This document shows positions 11,460 through 23,700 of a stretch of 64,000 nt of DNA, one piece after another. The translations under genes and the position numbers were made by a program. The DNA is from Xylographa opegraphella (lineage: Eukaryota), in contig JALDZX010000045.1 in the NCBI GenBank assembly GCA_022813865.1, positions 1-64,000 of the forward strand, read 5' to 3'. A model generated the notes under the pieces. It was not told where the DNA came from, did no database searches, and saw nothing but the letters and a program-made list of their open reading frames with translations. Numbering within the stretch: position 1 is the first letter of the stretch; the number at the start of each line of letters is the position of its first letter.

Positions 11460-12398
11460 CTACAGATACTCCTTCTTCCTGCCCGTGCGCGTATACTGAT
11501 TCAGATGCCACTCCACATCCCCCTCCTTGGCCTCAACCGTCCCGCCCCTAATCTCAAACAAGCGCATCGTCATGCGCGGCCCCACCTCCGCCAACTCCAC
11601 AGTCCGCGGCCCCGTCTTCACAAACACATGATGCCGTACCTCGATGCTATCCGCGCGATTCACAAACGAGACCACGCGGTTCCCCAGCTTCGCGCTCGGC
11701 GTCGCGGGCGAGACGGCCTCGCGTGGCGGGAAGAGGTGCCGCAGGATACGCACGACGCGCCGGCCGAGCGGGGAGCGGAAGTTCTCGAAGACGAGGTGCG
11801 GGTACGCTTCGCTGACGGTGCCGCGCGCGGCGGCGGCGAGGTCGTGCCGCAGCTGCACGTGGTGCAGCGAGAAGGAGGCCGTCGGCCCGTGCGGGAAGTG
11901 CGTCACCGTCAGCGCCGTCGGCGTGCCGCGGTGCTCGTGCAGCACGACCGCGTCCGAGAGGCCGGCCGCGCGCGCCGACGCCGCCAGCGAGGCCAGCACC
12001 AGATTGCCGCGGTTCAACCGGACGGAGGTGGGGAGGAGGAGGCGGATCTCTTTGGCGAAGGCGGCGAGCCGCGTGGATGGGGAGCGCGAGGTCGTGATTA
12101 GGATGCGCGGGTCGACGATGCCGCTGAGGTGGGCGTATTCGTCGTCGAGGTCGAGGTTGAGGCTGGTGGAGGGGTGGACGTCCGTCTGCTCCGCCTCCGC
12201 CACTGCTGGGGGTTGCGATTCGTCGTATTTGTAGTCGGCTCGGAGCTGCGTGTCGTTGGCGATGGAGGGGAGGAGTGGTTTGCCGCTCGCGAGGGAGGCT
12301 TTGAGCGCCGCCCGCTTAGAGGCGATTTCGGCGTCGCGGAGGGTGAGGGCGCGTCGGTAGAGGTAGTCACGGCGCTGGCGGGCTTGTCGCCGTATCAT
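11460..12398 (-). CDS. IMP4: U3 snoRNP protein Imp4 (Brix domain)
   Basis: MIRRQARQRRDYLYRRA; ITTSRSPS; HEHRG.P; HFPHGPT; ELAEVGPRMTMRLFEIR. Confidence 0.97.
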   Translation of the reverse strand: MIRRQARQRRDYLYRRALTLRDAEIASKRAALKASLASGKPLLPSIANDTQLRADYKYDESQPPAVAEAEQTDVHPSTSLNLDLDDEYAHLSGIVDPRILITTSRSPSTRLAAFAKEIRLLLPTSVRLNRGNLVLASLAASARAAGLSDAVVLHEHRGTPTALTVTHFPHGPTASFSLHHVQLRHDLAAAARGTVSEAYPHLVFENFRSPLGRRVVRILRHLFPPREAVSPATPSAKLGNRVVSFVNRADSIEVRHHVFVKTGPRTVELAEVGPRMTMRLFEIRGGTVEAKEGDVEWHLNQYTRTGRKKEYL

Positions 12399-12914
12399 GG
12401 TGGGTGGTTGGGTGGGGGAGGGGGAGGGTTTGAGGTCTGGCGCTTTTGCTTTTGGTAGGCTGTCGTGCTACGGTTTGCCGTGGGGTGGTGGTGAATGCTC
12501 TGGTAGGTAGTCTGGTAGTGTTGGGGTTGGGTAGCCTGACTGACTGGAAAGTCGATCTGTGGGATGCAGCAACTGGTTTAAGGCTCCGCAGTATCAGATG
12601 TTGACGGAAAAATCAAGACGGGTAATTTTTACTAGCGCGCTGTGGTGGGCTTGTTAGCGGGGCGGCCAAAATGATCCAGGGACATTTCCAACCCACCCCC
12701 GGCGGGTTGTGAGTCTTGATCACGACTTTCGTTCTTTCCGGCTGACGTTCGAGTGGGGTGTCTCTCTTTTCTACACATCAAGGAGGGAGCTGGAGCTTGT
12801 GGAGAGTCAGGTGAAGGGAAATAGCTGGTCGCTCGGTCTTGTGTAAAACAGCACCCTGCGACGAAGGGTGATCATTCCGCGTTACCAACTGCTGTTCTCA
12901 ACTTTTCAACTACG

Positions 12915-15900
12915 ATGGAGGGCGCCTTTACGCATCTGGGCAATCATCTGATCTCGGATTCCGCGTCTACCATCAATGCGGGTGACGATCTCTCCACCAT
13001 CGACCCGGATGAGAGCATCCTTGATCGCGAATATGGCAAGGGCAACCTTTCCGGAGAACCGAGGCGACGGAGGCACGACGATGACGATGAGGGGACGGAA
13101 GTTTTCGAAGACGACGATATGGAGAGTATGGTCAGCATGCCTGTCGATGGCATGAACGGCACCGGCGTCCCAAGAATCGAGGAGGAGAAAGAGTTGCCAC
13201 CACATGCTTGCGCGTGAGTTTTTCTTGAACCGGACAATCTGCTCCGAAGCCCAACAGTAAAGACGACGGGAAGGCTGACTCAAACGACGTGTAGATATTG
13301 CGGGATCCACAATCCAAGCAGCGTGGTGCGTTGTTTGGCTTGCAGCAAGTGGTTCTGTAGCGCTCGCGGGAACACGTCTTCCTCCCACATCATCAACCAC
13401 CTGGTGCGCGCCCGACACAAGGAAGTGCAGCTGCATCCGGCTTCCTCGTTGGGCGACACCGTTCTCGAATGCTACAACTGCGGCACGAAAAATGTCTTCC
13501 TCCTGGGCTTTATCCCCGCAAAGTCCGATACGGTGGTCGTTCTGCTCTGCCGTCAACCATGTGCGGCTATGCCTTCCTCGAAGGATATGAACTGGGATGT
13601 CTCGCGTTGGCAGCCTCTTATCGAAGATCGCTCGTTTTTGCCTTGGCTGGTTTCCGTGCCATCGGATCAGGAGCAGCTCCGAGCGCGCCATTTGAGCCCA
13701 CAGATGATTGCGAAACTGGAGGAAATGTGGAAGGACAATGCCGCTGCTACCATTTCTGACCTTGAAAAAGGTGCCGGGGTCGATGACGAGCCGGCTCCAG
13801 TTCTCCTCCGCTATGACGACGCCTATCAATACCAAAATGTGTTTGGTCCTCTAGTGAAAATCGAGGCCGACTACGATCGAAAGCTCAAGGAATCGCAGTC
13901 GCAAGACGGGTTGATAGTTCGCTGGGATTTTGGGCTCAACAACAAGCACTTGGCGAGCTTTGTCCTTCCAAAGCTAGAGCTCGGGGACGTCAAACTTGCA
14001 GTCGGTGACGAGATGCGGATCAAGTACAGCGGAGAACTGCGTCCACACTGGGAAGGCGTCGGCTACGTGATCAAGATCCCGAACAACCAGTCTGACGAAG
14101 TGACTATCGAGCTTCGTACCAAAGGGGACCACAAATCCGTGCCAACGGAATGCACGCACAATTTCAGCGCCGATTACGTCTGGAAGGCTACTTCGTTCGA
14201 TCGTATGCAACTCGCTATGAAAACCTTTGCTGTGGATGAGATGAGTGTTTCCGGCTACATCTTCCATCGACTGCTCGGACACGAGGTTGCAGCGGCACCA
14301 ATGAAGACGCAGATGCCCAAGAAATACAGTGTTCCTGGTCTACCTGAGCTCAACGGCAGCCAAATCAATGCTGTAAAGAGCGTGCTTCAGAAACCGCTCA
14401 GTTTGATTCAGGGTCCTCCCGGCACTGGAAAGACCGTGACCTCGGCCACTATCATCTACCACCTTGCAAAGATCAACGGGGGCCAAGTGCTCGTCTGTGC
14501 TCCCTCCAACGTCGCCGTGGATCAACTTTGTGAGCGTATCCACAAAACCGGCTTGAAGACGGTACGTGTAACTGCGAAGTCGCGAGAGGATGTGGAGTCT
14601 CCAGTCGGATTTCTGTCCCTGCATGAGCAGGTCCGCATGAATGACAGCAACATCGAACTTGTCAAGCTCAACCAGCTCAAGAGCGAACTCGGCGAACTGT
14701 CCAGCCAGGACGAGAAGAAGTTCAAGCAGCTTACCCGTAATGCAGAGCGGGAGATTCTCACAAACGCCGACGTCATATGCTGCACCTGTGTCGGGGCCGG
14801 TGACCCTCGCATCTCCAAGTTCAAGTTCCGAACCGTTCTGATCGACGAGTCTACACAATCTGCTGAACCGGAATGTATGATTCCCTTGGTCCTGGGATGC
14901 AAGCAAGTCGTTCTCGTAGGCGACCATCAGCAGCTGGGTCCCGTCATCATGAACAAGAAAGCTGCCAAGGCGGGTCTAAACCAGTCCTTGTTCGAACGCC
15001 TTGTCATCCTGGGTTGTGCTCCGATTCGGCTGAATGTCCAGTATCGTATGCACCCCTGCTTGTCAGAATTCCCTTCCAACATGTTTTACGAGGGCTCTCT
15101 ACAAAATGGTGTTACGATGCAACAGCGCCTGCGTCGCGACGTGGACTTCCCTTGGCCGGTCAACGATTCGCCCATGATGTTCTGGTCCAATCTCGGTAAC
15201 GAGGAAATATCAGCATCGGGAACTTCCTATCTCAACCGAACCGAAGCATCGAATGTTGAAAAGATTATTACTCGCTTCTTCAAGGCTGGTGTGCAGCCGA
15301 GCGACATCGGTATCATTACACCTTACGAAGGCCAGCGTAGCTATGTCGTTAGCTCGATGCAGACGAACGGAACTTTTAAGAAGGAGAACTACAAGGAAAT
15401 CGAGGTGGCCTCGGTTGATGCCTTCCAGGGCCGTGAAAAGGACTTCATCGTCTTGTCTTGTGTCCGATCAAACGATCACCAAGGCATTGGATTCTTGAGC
15501 GATCCACGCCGCCTGAACGTGGCCTTGACCCGAGCGAAATATGGCCTCGTCATTCTTGGAAATCCTAAGGTTCTGTCCAAACATCCATTGTGGCACTACC
15601 TGCTTCTCCACTTCAAGGAGCGCAATTGTCTTGTGGAAGGCCCGCTCTCGAACTTGCAGATCTCTTTACTTCAGTTCAGTCGGCCCAAACAGTCTTACCG
15701 TGGCCCGCAGCGGTATCAAATGGCCTATCAGCACGCGTCGAACATGGTGGGCGGCATGACCAATGGCCGCAATGGACACCGGCAGGAATACAACGATTCT
15801 GGTTCCGTCATTGGCTATATTCCGGACGACGTCTCTTCGGTGCATTCCTCGGCGATCGGTGGCGTTGGCGTTCCGTCGGCTTATCCTCCAATGTTTTCGG

Positions 15901-16220
15901 GTTTCCAGGACAGCTGGCCTACGCTCAACGGAGGCCGTCGTCTGAACGGCACGAAAAGCCGTGCCGGCACCGAAAGTATTGCCGGTGAATCAGTTGCGGC
16001 TACCGAATCCGATATCAATGGACCGACCAGCACCATCGACGGCAAAGGAGGAGTCAGCCTCGCCGGGCTCAGCATCAACGATGCCAAACAGGCTAGCCTC
16101 AGTCAATCGGATCGCTTGAAACGCTACGTTGAATCCAGCGGGACTTCGACCAGGGATGATGACGCTCGCAGCGTGTCGACCGCCTTTGCTAGCCAGGTCG
16201 GCCTCGGCAACTACGATTGA
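12915..16220 (+). CDS. UPF1: Nonsense-mediated decay helicase Upf1/Nam7; intron 13214-13294
   Basis: LPPHACA|YCGIH CH domain joined across a GTGAGT..TAG intron; [37 protein letters not shown]. Confidence 0.98.
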
Positions 16221-17400
16221 TCGACCCGCACGCTCAGTTGAAGACGCGGTCCCGAAACACGTGGGAATGATCTGCGCATGAGAGACATGTCAAAACTACC
16301 CGTAACTCACCCGTTGGCAGCGAGCCACCGAGACAGCGGCCCCCGAAGGCCAGCAGGATTGCTGCCTTGTCGGCCGGTCTCTCGGTCCCTCCGAGCTACG
16401 GGCAGTCCACAGCTAGTCTGCCATGCCGCATGCGGTGCTTATTGGGGGGCGAGGACCGAGAGGTCAAGGAAGCGGGGAAGGCGTGGGACCGAACCAAGGG
16501 CAGACCAGCGCCCATCATTACAGGTGATCGAAATCCTACAATGGGTTCTGCACCACGCAAACACACATTGCTCTCCGCCTCCTCGACCGAGTTTGCAGGG
16601 TGGTGCATTTACCAATTTGCCATTGTCTTTTTTTCTCTCTGTATCATTTGGTGTCTGTTTGCAGCCTGCAGAGGCTCACCCACACTCTTTTAGCAATGTG
16701 TTGTGAGCCGTCACGCGAGTGTGCCTTTAGATTAGCTCGACCACACTCTTTCTCAGAAGTCGATCAATCGGGAAGCCCTCGTGTGCCATGAGTGCCATCG
16801 CATGTAAGGTAGTACATAAACTTTCCATCCGACGATCCCCAAACTCCCTGCAAGCGAAGTCACGCCCAAGCCGGATAGCTCAACATCCGTAGCCCATCGG
16901 TGGCGCACATTCGACCCGCTTTGAGCCTAGCGGGTGTGTCTAGCACGCTCACCCCCCTGCTCATTCGCCCCGTTTCTGACTGCGCGCTGACCCTGTTCTG
17001 TCAAGCGCTGGCTCATGCTCTCTTGCTAAACGATGACGGCCGCCTTTTCTGGAAAAGTCCTGTCCGATGATCTCATGCGCTAGGCCCGAACATCATGGAC
17101 TGTAATCCACTACTTCTCTAGCGCGCTCGTGCTTGCCGGGGAGGCCTGGTGCATGATTCGGTAGAATGCTGCTGAAACCCGCTCATGCGTGCCACCCCTT
17201 TGGGTTCCAGAGAGTCGTATCTTTAATGCTTCACCACTAGCTGGTTAGGAGGGCCCGTGATGGCGGGATTCCCGCTCGACCAGTTCTGTACGCTTGCTGA
17301 TCTTTCCGTTTTTTTTGCTTTCTCGTCCCGTCTTTTCTTCGTTGCTGGACCTTCCAACCTCGCAATATTTAAGGAGTAGTGTTTGGAAATATCACAGGAC

Positions 17401-18401
17401 ATGGCCGTGCAAACGATGACTATGGAGGACGAGTCGAAGGGTATGGCGAGCAGAGGGTGGCCCTCATCTGCTACAAGCAAGGACGAGGTCCCGTCAGCAC
17501 CCTCCGGGCCGCAAGGTGACTTTGATGGCACTCTCAAGGTCTCTCAACGGCTACCGACCGCGGCCGAGCTCAGCAAGGTCGCAGACCTGCCTCTGCTTAC
17601 CGTGCAGAACGAGTCCGTGCCGTTCAAGAGCTTATACGCGGCCGAGCAAGAAGGACGTCGCGTGATGGTGATTTTCATGCGGCATTTCTTCTGCGGTGTA
17701 ATGATTCTCCCAACCCCAATTCCCGCTGGCTCTACCCCACTGACCGGCTGCAGAACTGCCAGGAATATCTACGAACCCTCTGCTCTTCCATCACGCCCGA
17801 CAGTCTCCTCGCACTGCCCACCCCGACGGAGATCGTGGTCATCGGCTGCGGGCAGCCGGAGCTCATCCCCTTCTACGCCGAAACCACGGCGTGCAAGTTC
17901 CCCATCTACGCCGACCCGACCCGCAAGCTGTACGACGAACTCGGCATGACGCACGCCATGGGCATGGGCCACAAGCCGCCGGCCTACGTCCAGAAATCCC
18001 TCTTCTCCGTCATCGTCCAGTCCTTCTACCAGGTCGTCTCCAGCGGGCGACGGGCGCTCAGTGGCGGACACTTCTGGCAGATCGGAGGGGAGTTCCTGTT
18101 CGAGCACGGGGACGTCACGTGGTGCCACCGCATGCGGCACACGCGCGATCACGCCGAGGTGCCGGAGATCAGGAGACAGCTGCGCCTGGACAGCGAGGAG
18201 CAGGCGCCGAGGCGGAAACGGTGGAGCAGTGGGCTAGGCGCTGCGGGGCTGGCGCGGAAGCTGTCGCTGTCGAGCAGCAGCCGGGAGAGGAGTGCGTCTC
18301 GGACGCGGAATAGCTTGGCTTTGTCGGCGAGGGAGGGGAGCAGCAAGGAAGGGAGCGTGATGGAGAAGGTGAAGGAGGAGGCGGAGGTGCGGCAGAAGTG
18401 A
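17401..18401 (+). CDS. AhpC/TSA-like thioredoxin-fold protein (AAED1/PRXL2C-like); intron 17698-17753
   Basis: Splicing gives VIFMRHFFCG|NCQEY (CxxC); IYADPTRKLY..LG; QIGGEFLF..WCHRM. Confidence 0.88.
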
Positions 18402-19845
18402 GCGATGGTCCTTTTGACGGATATACTTATCCAAACCTGGTGGGCTGGATCAGTGGCTGCGGGAAACGTGCCGCTCACACAACACACGAGTGGGGCCGCA
18501 AAACGTATCGTGTTCGACGGGGCCTGGTTGGAGCGAAGTGTGCGGTTTGCGCGTTGATACCCACATTGTCGGATTGGAGTACTGCGCGGGTCGCTGGAGG
18601 TGTTGGGCGGCTTTGCCAAAAGGATGTGATGGCTCGGCTTAGCAGAGCAGGTTGGAGGGGCGCCGAGGAGGAGTGGAATGTGGGATGTTCGTCACCGGGG
18701 AACTGGATTGCCTCTCGTGCTGGTGGGGCTGGGGAGTATGGTTTATGGCTGTAAATGTTGGTTTTGTAAATTGGCTAGTCTTCGGGGTTTGGTATGGTCG
18801 TCTTCTTGACGGATTTACGTCTTACGATTATTGTGAATTGCTGGTGTCTGAAAGTGGCTCGTTGAGGAGATGGGTGAAACCGCCCGCTGTCGCCTTGAAA
18901 GCTACTTTTGTCGCGCCATCCTGGTTGTTTCGCATTTAAGATACTTTGGCGTTTTGAGCATGGGGTACTGGGCAGAGAGTCTATGAACATTATACTACGA
19001 CAGATATCACAGCGGTTTCGGATAGACTTTCAGCGAAACAGGGGGTAAGTGCTTTGAATAGTGCTGTTGAGGCTCTTTGCTATTTGTGGAGTGGGGGATG
19101 GAATCTCGAGATGTATAATATGTTTGATCTTTCAGGAAAGGTACCGGGCGTTTATGGGGGTATTCTTGTTTCAGGTAAGGACTGGTGATACTCTGAATGG
19201 AAGAGGTCTTGTGCAAAGCGTTATCTTGGTGTTCGGAGTAATGTGGCTCCGAGCGTGCTTTAAGCCTCACGCTACCGTGGTGCTTGCCAAGAATTTCTCT
19301 GAGCTTCCGGTGGCTGTGCAAGCGCTTGAGTTCGCAAGGTTGACTGACAGTACAACATGAGAAAGACTTTGGGATCTTCTTTTCGATGTGTATCGAATGC
19401 TTGATCGTGCTCGGCTTGAGATTGGTAGGAGTGTACTCAGTGTTTTAGCGGGTCCGTGAATAAGGTTGGAATGTAGACGTCTCGTCAAGAAGCATGAACC
19501 ACTCCGCAAAATCAAACCCCGGAAGGGATTTCTCCCACTATCTACTTGCCATCGTGATTTTATAGCTTGTTTCCATCATAACTAGCTACGCATATACTGT
19601 GTGGCATTATTATACGGAGTAAATCAGTCCAAATGACACCGTGGCGCACGCCGCGCCTGTGCGGAAGCACTCATCCAATCAATAGCCACGCGAAAGGGCT
19701 TGGTGTCGAGCAGGCTGTGCAGCTCTGCGTCTTCTGCAGAACCTCGTCACTCTCCCGTCCTCGATAATACTAAACCTCCTCTCGGGCCCATGGGTTCCTC
19801 GATGCCTCCAGCTCCAGACTGCGTTCTTGCCATCCTCTACCGAAG

Positions 19846-21179
19846 ATGCTGAACTTTCTTACCGGCGGCTTTGGTAACCTCCAGCTGGACATCGTTGGTT
19901 TGTACGCGCCCCCTCTCTTCCTCTCCCCCACCCTCCCCATCGTCCAACCCTTTCGTCCCGCACACAAAGCTAATCACTTCTCGCGCACAGCCTCGCTATC
20001 CTCGGCGAAGGTTCCGTGCTCGCCAACGCCCAAGTCAGCGCGCTCTCCAACTTCAGCTACCTCCCGCGGCTGCTGCCCGCCCCCCAAGCGCTCATCAAGA
20101 CCTCCCGCCCCGAGCGGCTCGCGCCCTCGACCGGCAAGGTCGTCGGCTCCAAGTCCGGCGGCATCCGGCACCAGCTCAACCATGTGGCCTACATCCTGCA
20201 CAGCGGGCACTCGCTGCCGGAGTACTCGGTCCGCTGCGTGCGCCTCACGAAGAACAACGACAACCCACCGGTGCGGGCGTCGGCGCGCGGGCCGCTGGCG
20301 TGGCTGGCCGTGCTCGGCTGCGCCATGTCGGTCGTGCTGACGGTGCTGTCGGTCTACTACGAGGACGGCATGGCGCTGCTGGCCATCGTCCTCCTCTCCC
20401 TGCTCTCGACCGTCATCGGCGTCGGCTCGAAATGGGTGCTCGAGCTGCCGCGCCGCAAGGCCACGCGCGCCGTGCCCGCCGGCGACGTCGTCATCTTCTA
20501 CCCGCAGGGCGCGTTCATGGTCATCCGCTGCGACGAGGACATCGCGCGCGAGCTGTACTGGGCGCCGGAGAAGTGCCAGTACATGGTCGGCGTGCAGGCG
20601 TACCGCTTCATCTCGCTGACGGGCACCGTGCTGCTGATGTTCGGCGTCATCGCGCTGGCGAACGCGCAGCTGACGCTGCAGATCTTCGTCGGCGCCGCGT
20701 ACATCATCCTCAACGCCGCGTACTGGCTCGTCGCCGCCCTGCCGCCGACCATGCACTGGGACCTGTCCCTGTACGACGCCCGGCCCGAGCACTACGCCGG
20801 CGGCGACCGCAACGACAACTTCACCCAGGCCCTGTGGAAGGCCATCGCCATCACCCGCGCCACCCGCTGGGCCCGCATCGCCGACATCGCGCCCGAGACC
20901 GACCAGTGGGACCACTGGCTGCGCAAGGCCCAGGCCGAGATCGACCGTGACCCCGCCGAGCCGCTGAAGCGCGACGCCCACGGCGACATCCTGCTGCCCT
21001 ACTGGGACTGCCAGTCCGCCCTCAGCGACTCCCTCTACCCGGGCGAGTGCGAGACGCCAAAGGCCCTGCGCCGCAGCAGCGCCACCCTCAACGCCGCCGG
21101 CGGGCTGGCCCGCGATTTCGACGAGGCCGATGTCGGCGAGGATGGCGTGTACGCCCATCCGCAGCCGGAGGAGGGGTGA
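19846..21179 (+). CDS. Conserved fungal multi-pass membrane protein of unknown function; intron 19902-19990
   Basis: Splicing gives LDIVGF|LAILGEGSV; about four hydrophobic segments; very strong C/G-ending codon bias. Confidence 0.85.
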
Positions 21180-21705
21180 TTGTCAAATCAATGCTGCTCT
21201 GTCTTTCCCGCTTGCTTGCTTGCTTGCTTGCGGGCTGGCTTTGGTGTTTCGGGAGCGATTTAGCGGGGGCGTGGAGCATGTTGCGATGGGATGGCAATTA
21301 CATTGCGCCGTTTTGAAGTCATCATTGAAGATCATATATTGCTTTTATCTTGGAAAGCCGAGCTTTGGGGGAAATCTAGGGGATTGGTTTTAACGGGAGC
21401 CATGGCAGTGATGGTGTTTATAGGAGTGAAAGTTTTTGCGGAAGACGTCGTTGGGGACTATATTCGATATCCAACCTATACAGTCCATACATACGTCCGT
21501 GCACCTGCAAGCGAGCAAGTCAAGACAGTATCCGCCGTGGGGGTATCTCCACCACGCCACCAGCCCTTGTAGAACGCCCATCCGCCCATGCCCCTCCCCC
21601 ATTTTTATACAATTTTCCCTTTTTTTCCATCCCAAACCTTTCCAAAAACTATGCCCCCCCCCCCTCCGCCCCTCCTCCCCCCCCTTCACTCCGTCGATCC
21701 ACCAC

Positions 21706-23303
21706 CTACTTATTACTCACATCCAACACATACCGCCGCTCGACCTCCATCTTCTGGTTCTGGTCGTCCTCGAACTTCAGCACGCACTTCTTGTCCTCGG
21801 TCGTGCCCGTGACTTCGGCGCGGTAGAAGGTCGTCGTCTCCGGGTAGCGGGCGAGCACGTGTTTGCCGACCGGGTAGTCGGCGAGGACGGCGCCCTCGGG
21901 CGCGATAGCGATGAGCGCGGCCGCGGACGCTTTGTAGATCTGCCCGGCTTGGCCGCTGCCGTCTTCGGGGACGGGGTCTTGGACTTCGTAGCTATGAGGG
22001 TTGGGAGGTTAGGAGTGTGGGGTTGGATGAGAGGGGAGAAGGGAGGTAGAGAGCGGTGGTCATGCGTAGAGAGCGGTGCGGAGTGAGGAAGAAGGGAGTG
22101 TATTGGTCTTGAAAACGGGAGGGTGATGTTTGTCGAAGGATACAAAGCAATTTGTGGAAGAGGACGAAAAACACAGGTATGTCCGATAAAGACACATTTG
22201 GTATTGGCGTGGATGAACGTACCGCTTTTTGTTCCCCACCTCCGTGATCGACAGGATCTTGCACACAATCCACTGGCTTCCATCCTCCCGCACTTTCGCC
22301 TGCTTGTAAGCCACCTCCGCGTCGATGACGAACTTGCCCGCCCGCTCCGCACTTGGCCCCTTCGCCGCTTCGGCCCCCTCTTCCACTTTCACGGCCACTT
22401 TCTCTTCGCGCACACTGGCGACACTGCCACTCCTTGCCGTCGAGGTGCCTTTTAGCCGGGAAGCACTGCCGGAGGCCACACTGGGTGATGGGCCCGGAGA
22501 GTCGGCCGCCCCGTCGAGATCCTGTTTCGGAGGCTTCGGCTTGCGGACTTTCGAAGACGGGAGCACACGCTCGCGCTCGGATTCCTTGGCGGATGCGGTA
22601 CGTAAGGCTTGCAGAACACTGACGTTCTTGATGATGTCTTCCGGCTCCTCGTTCAACATGCGGTGTTCTTCGTCGGCGAGCTTCATATTTTCGCGGACGA
22701 GTGTTTGTAGTTCATCGATTTTGGCGACGGAGGGGCCTCCGGGAACTGAATGATTATGTCAGTAGTTATAGAAAACGGAAGCGTCCGGTGGGGTCTTCGT
22801 CATAGTTGTAGACCACAGGGTATCTTGCAACAGAGTTTTTTAGGAGATTGTGCTCTCTGGTCATACATACTCCGAGACCGGAGCAGAAAAGAGATTTACA
22901 ACAGCAACATTTCGAAGATGTTCCTTGCCGGAATCTATGTCACGTAGAGACACAGTTTGTCATATCATGAAAGCATCTTCGATAACGAGCCGAGGAAGCG
23001 TGCATAACATACAACATAACACACAAGAATAAGACATCGCATTCCGGTGCAAATCGGAACACAACATAGGTACTGGCAAATCACCACAGAAATATGACAC
23101 GGCTTCTACAATAATAAATGGAATTTAAACATACTTAGTGCCATTTCCGCCTGCATTTCGACAATCTTCCGGCCGACTTCCTCGTATCGTTTCCTCACAA
23201 TCGAGCACTTCGCCAAGTCTCTCTTGATCTGAGCCCATAGCGACGATTCTTCGTCTGCATCTTGATTAACGCCCCCATTTCGGTTTCGCCTAGGGGCCGC
23301 CAT
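21706..23303 (-). CDS. SGF29: SAGA subunit Sgf29 (tandem Tudor); introns 22746-23134 and 21992-22222; an upstream in-frame ATG at 23492 is possible
   Basis: AEVAYKQ..WIVCKI..KKR|YEVQDP..LARYPETTTFYRAEV..LKFEDD..EVERRYVLD; both introns have canonical GT/branch/AG and keep frame. Confidence 0.9.
22806..23111 (-). ncRNA. Candidate structured intronic RNA (~305 nt), class unknown
   Basis: Terminal 7-bp stem plus four internal hairpins; several pair only on the transcribed strand through G-U pairs. Confidence 0.45.
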
Positions 23304-23700
23304 GCCTGTCTGCGTATCCACTGCTGTCTTCGCTGTTGCAGCTGCTTCTTGTGATATTCTGGCAAACAGCTCCTCTTGTGTTTCACTTGCAGTTGATGCA
23401 GTTGCAGTCGCAGTCAAGGTAGTCGTCGGCACCAAGGTGTTCTGTGTAAGAAAGGGGCGCTTCTTCGATTTCCTGCCATGATTGCGGGGCATGATTGGCT
23501 ATATATGCGAGCCCCGACGCCGCTAAGACCGATTTAGATTCGCGCTGTGGATTCTCTCGTCAGTACATCATCTTGGCAACGGCAGATTCACCACTTGGTT
23601 TATGTGCCTAACTGAGCAGAGAGCAAGAACCAAAGGGTCAAGTCCTACATTAGTACCGAGAGCACGATAAAGTTGAGGTATAGTAGGAAAAAGCGTTACT

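Noticed and set aside
17040..17130. GGAAAAGTCC motif and TGGA-CTGTAA-TCCA hairpin, suggesting RNase MRP or a tRNA-Tyr arm
   Set aside because: No matching CR-V/P4 partner, and no D or T arm; the loop is 6 nt rather than 7
19871..21158. Long alternative-frame and antisense ORFs (359 and 394 aa) over the membrane gene, and similar ones over IMP4, PLC1 and UPF1
   Set aside because: Expected shadows of strong GC3 bias, with no protein-like features
23131..23140. ATACTTA.. (also at ~42017), resembling the U1 snRNA 5' end
   Set aside because: These are reverse complements of 5' splice sites of minus-strand genes
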